NCBI GenBank assembly: GCA_002245135.1
Contig: NGBS01000594.1
Span: forward strand, 62,001 to 126,000
Length of the DNA stretch: 64,000 nt
Origin: Proteromonas lacertae
Taxonomy: Eukaryota
Direction of reading: 5' to 3'
Of the stretch, positions 14,779 through 25,930 are shown piece after piece; within the stretch, counting starts at the first letter, position 1; every line of letters starts with the position of its first letter. Below the pieces are notes generated by a model. It ran no database searches. It was not told the DNA's origin and saw only the letters and a list, made by a program, of their open reading frames with translations. Both the position numbers and the translations under genes were made by a program.

Positions 14779-15291
14779 TTAATATAAAAATGGATACGTT
14801 TGTCTAATCTCTAACCTCGCAGCAGGAGCAGGATCTATACCATAAGCACTATTAACAATTGTTCCATATACATCTAAAGTCAATGTAGGAGAGCCTAAAG
14901 CAGTCAAAAAGTCAGCAATTTTATTAGAATTTACAGCAACATAATACCACGCCTTTTTGCCTCTATCTTCACCTTTAATTAAGAATACAGTCTTCTTAAT
15001 GTTATCTTCTTTATAAACAACACTCATAATATCAAGATTTTCATGAATATCAATTCTTTTATTATTTTTAACAGTTTGCAATAAGTAATTTGTAGCTTCT
15101 TGACCACAATTATTACCTATTAAATTCAATTCATGTAAAAATGGTAAATTATATAAATTATCACATAATGAAATAACTCCTTCTTGTAAAAGATTATTTC
15201 CACTTAAATCCAACTTTTCTAACTTGGTAATTGAAGAGAAACATTTACAAAGTTTTAATATACCATTATTATCAATTGAATTCTCTATTTA

Positions 15292-15334
<43 letters not shown>

Positions 15335-18280
15335 TATACTTGAAAGATTCAACACTTTCAATTGTGTTAGGTTTGTCAAACCTTCACATAAACTTTCTAT
15401 TGCATCTGTCATTATATAACAATCTATATTATAAAACAATAAAATAACATTTTTAATAATATTATATATATATATACTTTCTAATGATAATTCCTCCAAT
15501 TTTGATAAATAAATAAATGAAGAAGAGAAATCCTTCATACAACTATCATTAAATTTACTATCTAAATAATAATAATGAATATATATATATACAATCTAAG
15601 TTAATGATTTTCAAATTTGTATTATTCTTTATATATGCTGAAAGTGTAGTAATTTCACCTGATGTTAATACTTCTCCTTTCAATATCAATTTCTCCAAAG
15701 TGTCTTTATTAGAAAATGTATTTATAATCAAATTATTTCCTTCTAAGGTAAATCCATTAAACGAAAAATCAATTTTCTTAATTGATGGATGATCTTTAAA
15801 TAATTGTTCAATAAATATTGCACCATTCATATCCAATAATATATCATTTAATACGATTTCTTCCAAGTTTTTACATGACTTTTTCATTCCATTTATGAGG
15901 AGAAATAAACCTTCTGAAGCAATGGATGTTTCTATATAATATAATTTACAATATAATAATATGAATACTTGAAATATTTAAATATTTAAGTGATTTTGAT
16001 TCTCTTAAAAAGAATGACAAATTTGCAGCTCCTTTTTTACCCAATAAATTTTCTATATAAATATATTAATAAAAGCAATAATATATATACTAGAAATATC
16101 TAAATATTCCAAATTCACCAACTCTTTAAGATAATATAAAGCACTATAAAAAGTAATTCCATTCTTAGAATCCTCTCTCTCAGGGTTGATATTATTTCCA
16201 TTTAATGATAAATATTTAATATTCACATGTTGTCTAACAAAATAAGAAAAATGATAAAGTCCAATAACAGTCATATTAACTCGATTAAGTGAAATTTTTT
16301 CAAGATTTTGTAAAATTTGATTATTTTCATCATCCATTAATACTTTGAATAAATTATAAACTCCTAAATCATCAAGTTTATTATTATCTACATGTATTTC
16401 TTTCAATTGTATTAATTTCTCTATGCATTTACCTAAATTCACTTCTTTATGATTCATTAGATTATCTGAAATGTATAATACTTCTAAATTATTGAATAAT
16501 TTGTAACAATTTAACATTTTAGTGAATAAAGTGCTCATACAATTCACTAATTAATATAAATAATAATAATTATAGAAATACATCTTAAATCTAACTTCTT
16601 TAATTTTCTCAATCTACTCAAAATTCTATTCAATATTTCACCTTCTTCTTCTTCTTCTCCTACTGTTGAATTTACTGGTTCTTTACTGTTCATTAATGAC
16701 TTAGATTCATTATCACTTTGATATTTCATAACTTCTCCTAAATTATTATATCTTAAATTGAGTATCTCTAAATTTGTTAAATTGGCTATTCCATTTAATA
16801 TTCCATTCGTTAATCCTTCTCTTTTAAGATCATTAGCTAATACAAAATAACAATAATATATATATATATACATCTTAAAGATAATTTTTTCAATTTGTTA
16901 CTACTATTACTACAACTATCTATTACTAATTTCAAACCTGTATCCCATTTCTTTATATGTAAATAATTGATATCATATTCTCTCGTGCATCTTAGATTCA
17001 ACTTTTCTAAATTTGTATTATTCTTTAATATTTCAGATAATGCTTTTAATGAAATATATGAAAAATGTGACACTATAATAAATAATATAATTCTTTATAT
17101 ATATATATATATATTATACTCTTCATATTTAATTCCTTTAATGATGTATAATATTTCAATCCTTTTACTATATTTCTTGTTGCTAAATCATCAAAATAAT
17201 TCTTTCCAATTCTTAATACTTCAACATCATGATAATATGTTAATAATATTGCAAAAACTGCTGCTTCATAATCACTTGAAAAGTGTAACTTATTCTGAAG
17301 ACATAATTTTTTAGTATTTTTATTATTTAACATTTGTGACACTGTAAAAGTATTTTCTATTTCTTTTTCTTTCATATTTTCATCTATTTCTCCTTTTTCA
17401 TTCTCTTTTTCTTTTATTATCTCATAAAAATATTCTTTTAATTGCTCAAAATCAGAATTTTCATCACTTCTGCTGCTATTATTGTTATACGGTTTTACAG
17501 ATAAAATATAATTCAAAAAACATTCACTTAAAAAATATTTCTTTTCTTTATCATCTTCTTTTATTTCTTTCATATTACCAATAAATTCAGATACACTCAT
17601 TTCAATTACCGGATCTTTATAATAAGCTAATTTATACCATTCATCATTGTTTAAAATCGTTTTTATAGTTAATCTAAATTCACATTTTATATGTTTCTTA
17701 AGTATTTCTAATCCATCTAATTCTTCTTCTTTTTTACAACTTTCTATTTCTTTGAATATTTTTTCTATTTCTTTCTTTAATTCGTTATTTTTTGGTAATA
17801 TTTCATTTACTACATCCTTCAATTTTACATAATCTTTCTTCTTTGTGAAAAACATATTATAATCTTTAACATCATCTTCATTGCCATTTAATTTCTTGGA
17901 ATTGTATAAATAATTCTCTCCAACCTCTGTCAAACGATATAAACCATTAATTGGAACAATGTTCTCTTTAGATATATTTGTATGGCAAATACCATATTCA
18001 TGAAGAAAAGATAAAGCATTAAATATAGGAAGTAGTAGACACAACACTTTTTCGGCAGTATTAAAAAAATTTGGCATTTCTTTCTCAAATTTATATCCAA
18101 CTAACACTAGACTTTTTTTGTTTTCATAAGCTCCTAGGAATGTAAACACATATGGTGATTTGACATTAATAAACGGCCCAATCTATTGATTATTAACTAA
18201 TATATACATACATTACAGTCATTACCGAATCTTAACAACTCTTTATTTATTAATTTATTCTTACATTCATATTCCATCAT
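14779..18280 (-). CDS. Pseudokinase + ribonuclease-inhibitor-type LRR protein with a distinct C-terminal ~70-aa domain, multi-exon
   Basis: Kinase-fold remnant LSFLHEYGICHTNISKENI (HRD lost) and RLTEVG (DFG lost). Many LxxLxLxxN repeats are interrupted by tiny introns. ATG at 18280. Confidence 0.8.
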
Positions 18281-18369
18281 TTTTAAAATATAAGAGTTTG
18301 GCTTGTTTACACTTAATTAAAAATATATTCGTTTTTCTAATTTTTGAATCTTGAAAATCTCTTTATATC

Positions 18370-19287
18370 ATGTCTATTTTTAATAAGATAGATTATTGTG
18401 GAATTATTTCAATTGTTTTTCTTGCTGTTATTGATTCAGTTTCTTATTTCATTGAGCCTTTTCATCCAGAATTCTTTGAAGGTGATGCAACAATATCTAG
18501 ACCATACCATGAAAGTACTGTTGGTGATGTAGAACTGTTTTTATATGCTATAATTCTACCACTGGTGGTTGTAATTTGTTTATCCTTGATAATCCTCAAA
18601 ATAACAGACAGAATAAAGTTACCAGTATATTATGGTTTTATATTGATTGATTATAGAGTTTACAAAGGTCAATAATATCATTGTTACAAGCATACTATTT
18701 AACAGTTTGTATAACTGATTATTTAAAAGCCTATTGTGGTAGATTACGTCCAAATTTCTTTGACGCATGTCATTATCCATATGACAATGTAACTGGAATA
18801 TATGGAACAATGGGAATGAGAGGAGATTATTCGAAATGCAATTGTTCAGTATAAAATTATAAATTCAATATAAAATATCAATAGAAATCTGAATTAGCAG
18901 AATTAAGAAGAAGTTTTCCATCAGGACATTCATCTTATTCATGTGCAGGATTGAGTTTTACTTCATTATTCCTATTTATGATATTAAATCAAATATATGA
19001 AAATCGACAAACATTTTTAAAGATAATATTTTCTTCAATCCCATTATTAGGTGGTTTTTTAATTGCTGGATCTCGTCCTGTATTTTGTTTATTTATTTTA
19101 TTGTAATTAGAAAGATAATAAACATCATTTTAGTGATATATTAGCTGGAAGTGTATTAGGTGTATTTATTGGATTTGTTGTGTTTTATTCAACAATGAAA
19201 ATAGATAAAAAAGAAAATGAAAAGGAATATCAAATTTTGATTAACAATCAAGAAACAGTTGTTAATAATGCTCAAACAGCAATATAA
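18370..19287 (+). CDS. PAP2-family lipid phosphate phosphatase, 3 introns
   Basis: Spliced motifs KSLCGRLRPNF, SFPSGHSS and SR..DNKHHFSDILAG, plus multiple transmembrane segments. Confidence 0.92.
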
Positions 19288-19609
19288 GAATAGTAATTGA
19301 ATTTAATACCATTTATAATCAATAATTGTTGATGATTGATGATGTTTTTATATGTATGGGATTTATTTTTTAAATTTATAGTTTTATTACTCAAATACAT
19401 TATTTTTACCTATTTTCACTATGTATATACTTACTAGAGAATGAAATAAACTCATTAAATAAATGTTCATTTTTATCAATTGAATAACATTAAACTGTAT
19501 TAATGTTGATATAAATATTTAGGTTCATAACATTTGCAACAAAAAATACATAGAAGCCAGTTAAAGTAAGTGAAAAATACAAATTAAGCTTGATTATCGT
19601 TTGAGGAAA

Positions 19610-20683
19610 ATGAATATTATTTTGGTTTCTATTCTCTTAATCGCATCTGTTATTGTGTTATTCTATGAAATATACTTGTTTACAAATGGAAGAATGTCAA
19701 AAATTGACAATGCACAAAGAGTGACAAATCTTGAATCTGATTTATTTGTTAGAATGGATCGACAAATAAATCAAAGATTGGAACAGTTGTACAAAGTATA
19801 CAATAATTGTTCAGATAAATATCCAATGAAATGTGGTTCAATTTATGAAGGAAGGCATATTGGCCATCCTTCATCCAAGTATAAATCATATTTGAGTAAA
19901 TTTCCCATCCAATTTTCAGTTGTATCACAATCAACAAAGAGATGTTTTAAATCTTCATTGATCATTTCTGTCATTTCTTCTCCAGATTCATTTATCAATA
20001 GATATTCATACAGAAAATCATATTCAGTATATAAAGATAAATATCCTTTATATTTCTTTACTGGTTTATCCAGAAATGAAACAATTAATGAATTAATGTT
20101 TGAAGAAAATAAGAGATATGATGATATGATAATATTTGATTATATCAGTAGTTATTATAACAATTCAATTCAATTTATTATGAGTATGAGATGGTTAAAT
20201 GACAATTGTAAAGATTATAGATATATATTAAGTCAACAAAGTGATACATTCGTAAATATTCCATATTATCAACAACACTATGAAAAATCTTCAATTAATC
20301 ATACAATTATAGCAGATATTAAAAAGAATATGATAGTAATAAGGGATAAAAAAAGTGTTTGGTATATTCCTGAATCTATATATAATGAAACACATGTTTG
20401 GCCTGATTTTCCATTAGTTACTCATGTATTTATACATCAAAATACAGTGAGAAAGATAGTAAATGCTTCAAATTATGTAAAGAAGATATTATTTATGGAT
20501 GATGTTTATTTAGGAATGTTATTGAAATATTCAAATGAAACAATAAAGAAGTTAGGAATTAATCTAATTCATTTCAATTATACAAAAATATCTAATATAA
20601 CTTTCATAAAAGAAGAAGTGTTTGCATATCATGGTATAAAACCAGGTGGAGTTCATTATTTATCTTCAAAAATTTATAGCTAA
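19610..20683 (+). CDS. GT31 (beta-1,3-galactosyltransferase-like) type II membrane glycosyltransferase, copy A
   Basis: N-terminal TM. Motifs VISSPDSFINR..R, EENKRYDDMI, SYYN, SDTFVN and MDDVYLG. Intronless. Confidence 0.85.
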   Translation: MNIILVSILLIASVIVLFYEIYLFTNGRMSKIDNAQRVTNLESDLFVRMDRQINQRLEQLYKVYNNCSDKYPMKCGSIYEGRHIGHPSSKYKSYLSKFPIQFSVVSQSTKRCFKSSLIISVISSPDSFINRYSYRKSYSVYKDKYPLYFFTGLSRNETINELMFEENKRYDDMIIFDYISSYYNNSIQFIMSMRWLNDNCKDYRYILSQQSDTFVNIPYYQQHYEKSSINHTIIADIKKNMIVIRDKKSVWYIPESIYNETHVWPDFPLVTHVFIHQNTVRKIVNASNYVKKILFMDDVYLGMLLKYSNETIKKLGINLIHFNYTKISNITFIKEEVFAYHGIKPGGVHYLSSKIYS

Positions 20684-21347
20684 AAGTAAATATTAAATAA
20701 TATTCTTTCAAGAAAAAGTTCATATGAAAGGATTTGAGGATTAAACAAGTGTCAAAAACTCTAATGAAATATATATTTACATATTTATCACCAATACGAT
20801 ATGAATTTATTCTTTTTATAAGATATTAAGTTTCTATCATTCAAAAAATCAATAAAACATTTTCATTTGTATTTCATACTGTATTTTGTATTTGAGATAT
20901 TCTTGTCAATAAAGACAATGTATGAAATTACATATTCATATTTTAATAATATCCATTTTGCAAATTTATTAGTGTTATTGTCATCAGTTTATGAAAATAA
21001 TGTAGTAGAAAATAATGAGTAAATGATGTGAAGTGTATGTAAGAAAAGTGTTGTATATAATGGTAATTACCTAGATATACCATGTTTAAAGGTAGTGATA
21101 TAATCTCACTTTAGTTCGTCATATTTAATGAAATAATTTTTTATCTTAATTCTGTTTCTTTCTTGACAATTTAATATAATAAAAAATATAGAAAAGTAAT
21201 TTACAAAATGACAAATTTCTTTTCTCATCTTTCTTTTATTCTATCTTTAATCTCATAACCACTTTTCACCTCAACAACATCTATTACATTACATGAATTT
21301 ATTATTTTCATTTTACCTATAATCCATTCTTTAAATTTATCATGATT

Positions 21348-23455
21348 TTATAACATCATATCTATCATTTCTTTACATTTGATAATTGGATTTATTTTAA
21401 AATACTTTTCTTTAACCATATCTTTTATTGTCTCAGATACAAATGTTAACTTTTCTGATTTAGTAACATCATCTTCAAAGGTTTCATAGATTAATATATC
21501 ATTATAATCACATTTTGCTATTGAAGATACATTAATTCCTTTAATTAATTCTTCTACAGTTTTAATTGATCCTATTTGAGCCATTATTTTTTCTTTATTA
21601 TGTTCTTTATTTCCTATTACACCACCATAATATTCATAATTTTTCCTATAATCTACTTTTTCTTCGTTATATATAATTATGTTGATTTTCTGTTGAATAT
21701 ATGCATTTATTTCATTCATATGAACTTCTAAGTATGAATCTATATCATCTACATCTTCATTTCCTTCTATTTCAGCAATTGCCATTTTCATTACATGTAA
21801 ATCTAAATCACTTTTATTCATGAAATAATTGGGGAAATCTTCATATAAATGATATCTTGGATGTTCCAAAATTATCACTTTTTCGATTTCTTCTTTAGTA
21901 AATGGAGGTATATACATCACAAGTGGAAATCTTTTACTTTGAAATGTTTTATACTTTTCATCAGATGGTGTAGCTAATAATATTATCATTTTTGCATCAG
22001 CATAATCATCTTCACCAATTATTTCTCCATCAGATATTACAATATATGGATTTAATGGAGTAGTATCTTTACGTTGTTCATATTCACGAATAGTTATTAT
22101 TTCAATACCTGGATTGTGTTGATGAATATATTCTTTTATAACATCAGCTAAGACTGTTTTGCCAATTCTTTTATGACCAAATATTAAGTAGTTCTTTTGG
22201 TATGGATATTTTACATCAATACTATTTCCAGGACAAATAATGTTCAACATCTTATAATAACAATTTCTCATTAAATAGATTACCCTACTATTCTTCGCAA
22301 ATACTTCTATATTCACTCCTTCTGGTAATTTGTATAAAGGAGGTGGAAGTGTATTTAATCTTTCTATTAATTCAGTCTTATTTCCATCTGTACTTAATCC
22401 TTCCTTTTTTAATAATTCTCTTAATTCATCTTCTTTAAATTTATCATAAGAATTACCTTTATTATTATTATTATTATCTCTATCTACGACTGCTGCTTTT
22501 TGTGCTTCTTCTACTGCTTTTTTATTAGCATTTAATCTTTCAATTAAATCAGCCTTCTTTCCACTTACTTTTAACCCTTGCATTTTTAATAATTTTCTTA
22601 ATTCAACCACTTTTATTTTATCATAAGAATCATCTTTACTATCTTTTTCTGTATCTTCTTCTTTTATTCCTAATTCCGTTGTATGGATATTACCAGTTGA
22701 TATGTTTTCATCTATTATTGCATAATGAAATTTTGTATATTCATTCTCACTATATTCCTATTATATTATATAAATAATAATATTGTTTATACTTTTATTG
22801 ATTCTTTCATACTTAATTTACCAACATCATCACTTACATTATGTTGTATTTTTATAAACACTCCATTCAGAATTAAATCAAAATAATTATTTTTATCCAA
22901 TATAAAATAAACAAAATGTTCTGAACCTTCTGGATGATATATTGATATATGTTTCTTTGAATTAAATTGGAAATTATCATCTTTCTTATCTATTATAATT
23001 TTCTTTGTTGCTAATTCATATGCTTTGAGATGTTTCGATGCAAATCTCTTCATTTCATTATCATTTTCCATTGAAATATATTTTTCTATTAGATCATTAT
23101 ATTCTGTATTATTTTTAGGAGGATAGAATTTGCACATAATATAATCTTCAACATATGTTGATATAAATTTCAAATGTGGTTTTGGTTCGTATATTTTACC
23201 TAAAAAAGGGTTATTCTTCGTTGTAAAATCATATTTTAATATGATATTTGATAAATCTTTTTCTTTCAAATAATCTTTAGTGTTATAATGATCTAAAAAT
23301 GTGTTATAATCTTCTTTTCCTGCAACACTATCTATTAGTTGTTCATAATAACTCCAATAATCTCTACCATTATAATTCATTCTATATAAATAATGGAAGT
23401 ATATTAATCTAGGAATATTTCCATATCTTTCACAAATATCTTTCAATTTTCTATA
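21348..23455 (-). pseudogene. Truncated Crinkler/RHS-like NTPase gene with two SAP domains (paralog of 28134-32074)
   Basis: Intron 22758-22792 joins the two ORFs in frame. Homology to the paralog starts abruptly at ..ERYGNIPR, with no first NTPase. The frame stops before the terminal REase. SAP motifs: VVELRKLLKMQGLKVSGKKADLIERL and EDELRELLKKEGLSTDGNKTELIERL. Walker A: GHKRIGKT. Confidence 0.75.
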
Positions 23456-23626
23456 CCATGGAAATGAAATAGAATTATCAGTACCTACCAAAACTGAACC
23501 GAAAGTAGAAGGACCAGTTTCTGAAGATCAAATAATAATGAGGCATTTATTCTAAAAAGGATTTTGATCTTATTTGTGTTTATTTTCTTGGGTTTATTTC
23601 ATTTTCATTTTTCTTTCTATTTTCTT

Positions 23627-24022
23627 ATGAAACAGGATAATCTTGACTATATTGATTTTGGGTTGTTTGAAAATATAAATAAGAGGAAATGGTGGGATAT
23701 GGAGGAAATTTCTATATCTCATGAATATAGTAAGTTAGATGAATATTATGAGGATTATAAGTTATGTGTGGAGGAATATAAAGACTATTTACAATATGTT
23801 AAAAAGAAGAAAAACAAGAAGAAGGAAGAAAATATTCCTCAATCATTAGAGAGACTCCAAATGAGCATTGAGGATAGTCGATCCTCCTATCAAAGGAAAC
23901 ATGCGGAAATTGCAGAAAGGATTTGGAAGATAAGGAACATATCGATTATCTGCTTGATTTTAGATTACGACAAAGAAAAGGAAGAAGAAAGGAAAAATGT
24001 AAAGAAAAGGAAAACAATTTGA
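23627..24022 (+). CDS. Island ORF1, charged helical protein
   Basis: First ATG of the 23564 frame is at 23627; K/E-rich coiled-coil character. Confidence 0.55.
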   Translation: MKQDNLDYIDFGLFENINKRKWWDMEEISISHEYSKLDEYYEDYKLCVEEYKDYLQYVKKKKNKKKEENIPQSLERLQMSIEDSRSSYQRKHAEIAERIWKIRNISIICLILDYDKEKEEERKNVKKRKTI

Positions 24023-24118
24023 TTGGTTAATTAGAATTTTACTAATTTCTTGATTTTATTTTAATTAAGTATTTTCTAAAACTTTTTGAAAACTTATCAT
24101 AAATTTAAAAATCAAAAA

Positions 24119-24853
24119 ATGAATTCCGATTTACAAGATGATATGAACATAAGTTCATTTCCTAGTTCACCAAAGGTTGCTGCTCCTCCTCCACTCATTA
24201 TTCCTCAATTAGATGAATCTAAGGTACTTACAAAAGAGAATTTTGATGACTTTATTTTTAGCAACTCTCATTTTTGGGATATTATGGTGAATCATACAAG
24301 AAGTATGACAGAGATCCTTTTAAGAAATCTTATTGATGGATTAAGCTTATACAGGATAGCAAATGCAAGACAAGAGGATTTTATTGATTTCCTCGCTGCA
24401 TGGAAATCAAAAATTCCTTTATCAGATTTTAAAATAGGAATTAATCCTATCGAACCATTTGCAGATGATGATGATGAAGAGGAAGAAGATGATAAAGTCA
24501 TTCCTATTCCTAAAAAGAAGAAGGAATCAGCTCCAGTACCAGAAGGATCACAAAAGTGTTCTACATGCAACAAAATCCTTCCTTTAGAGAACTTTGCAAC
24601 AAAGCCAAATGGTGACAAAAACAAAAGTTGTGAAAAATGTCGCTTAAAAAAGAAGGAGTATTATGATAAACAAAGACAACAAAAGAAACAAAGAAATGTT
24701 AAAGAGGAAGATTCAAGTAGTGGAAAAGTAAAAGTTGAATTATGTCCTAAACCAGCTCCAAAGAAAAGAAAGATTGATGTTGTCATTCCTTCTGCAATGG
24801 ATGAGGATCCTGATGATGATGAGGAAATAGATAGTGAGGAAATGGAAATATAA
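24119..24853 (+). CDS. Island ORF2, C4 zinc-finger protein with acidic tracts and basic NLS-like motifs
   Basis: CSTCNKILPLENFATKPNGDKNKSCEKCR; PKKKK and PKKRK; AAAAATG start context. Confidence 0.75.
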   Translation: MNSDLQDDMNISSFPSSPKVAAPPPLIIPQLDESKVLTKENFDDFIFSNSHFWDIMVNHTRSMTEILLRNLIDGLSLYRIANARQEDFIDFLAAWKSKIPLSDFKIGINPIEPFADDDDEEEEDDKVIPIPKKKKESAPVPEGSQKCSTCNKILPLENFATKPNGDKNKSCEKCRLKKKEYYDKQRQQKKQRNVKEEDSSSGKVKVELCPKPAPKKRKIDVVIPSAMDEDPDDDEEIDSEEMEI

Positions 24854-24914
24854 ATTCTAATATTAATCTTTATTTTCATATTTCTTGTTGTTTTTAGAAT
24901 ATATTTATATAAAA

Positions 24915-25319
24915 ATGCCTAGATATAGAATTAATACTTTTTCATTAAAAGCAAATAATGTTGGACCTGTAGTTTGCAAATTATACAGGTATATGGTAAT
25001 AGATAGAGGAAATACATATCAGCTTATATGGTATATCAAATTTAATCCTCAAGTATTACAGAATATTATTATGGGTGGAGATAGATGGATTCATGTAGTA
25101 CCATATCGTACTAGCGATGTTAATGATGAACCAGAATTATGGTTTATTGGAACCGGAATGAGATCTATGCAACTTGATTTACCTGAATTAATCTTTAATC
25201 CAACTCCTAATCCTCCAATTTTGCTTCGTGGAAATCTTAATGTAAGACAAAGAAGATATTTACAGCTTCATTTATTATATGATCCTTTAGATGAAGATGA
25301 TGATGATGATGATGAATAA
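24915..25319 (+). CDS. Island ORF3, small beta-rich orphan with acidic tail
   Basis: AAAAATG at 24915; 134 aa ending DEDDDDDDE. Confidence 0.65.
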   Translation: MPRYRINTFSLKANNVGPVVCKLYRYMVIDRGNTYQLIWYIKFNPQVLQNIIMGGDRWIHVVPYRTSDVNDEPELWFIGTGMRSMQLDLPELIFNPTPNPPILLRGNLNVRQRRYLQLHLLYDPLDEDDDDDDE

Positions 25320-25385
25320 AACAATAATTAATTTCATTTTTAATTTTCTTGTTGTTTTTGTATATTATACTCTCATAATTACAAA

Positions 25386-25715
25386 ATGTTATCAAAAAAT
25401 AATGAGACTGTCTTAGAGACAAATGTTGAGGAAATCAAGGAAAGTATAGGAATCCTCTTAGTATATGTCATCCTTTGGGTTGTAACAGAAGTCATCAAAA
25501 TTGTATATTATACTTATAAAGCATATTGTCCTCCTAAAGTAATTGAAGTTGTTGAGGAAATTCAGCATAATTTGGGAAGTACAAATAAAAAAGAGGATGA
25601 TGAGGAAGAGGATATTATTGAAGAAAATGAGGAATTATCCTCCATAAACAAGGCATATAGAACAAGCAGTGGAAGATTACACTATCCTCCGTCAAAATAT
25701 TCTGATACAATTTAG
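25386..25715 (+). CDS. Island ORF4, small single-pass membrane protein
   Basis: Hydrophobic stretch IGILLVYVILWVV, acidic linker, C-terminal YRTSSGRLHYPPSKY. Confidence 0.65.
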   Translation: MLSKNNETVLETNVEEIKESIGILLVYVILWVVTEVIKIVYYTYKAYCPPKVIEVVEEIQHNLGSTNKKEDDEEEDIIEENEELSSINKAYRTSSGRLHYPPSKYSDTI

Positions 25716-25930
25716 AAAATGTTATAGAGTAATTTTAAAATCCTAATTAATGATTTTTTTCTAAGTTCCTTTTTTGGGTTTCGAAAATCCTCTTTTTTCG
25801 TAAAAAGTAACGGTTTTTGTAACGAAGGAAAATCCTCCAATCATAATCGACCGTTACTATTTGAGTAAATTTGCCGTTACTTTTCATTCTGAGTTTTCCT
25901 GCCATTTTTATGGTTAGAATTTTCAAATAT

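Noticed and set aside
21225..21350. Stop-codon readthrough or alternative code at TAA 21348 (frame stays open ~40 codons)
   Set aside because: Conserved genes here end in TAA normally, and the extension lacks the REase motifs. Decay of a truncated copy is simpler.
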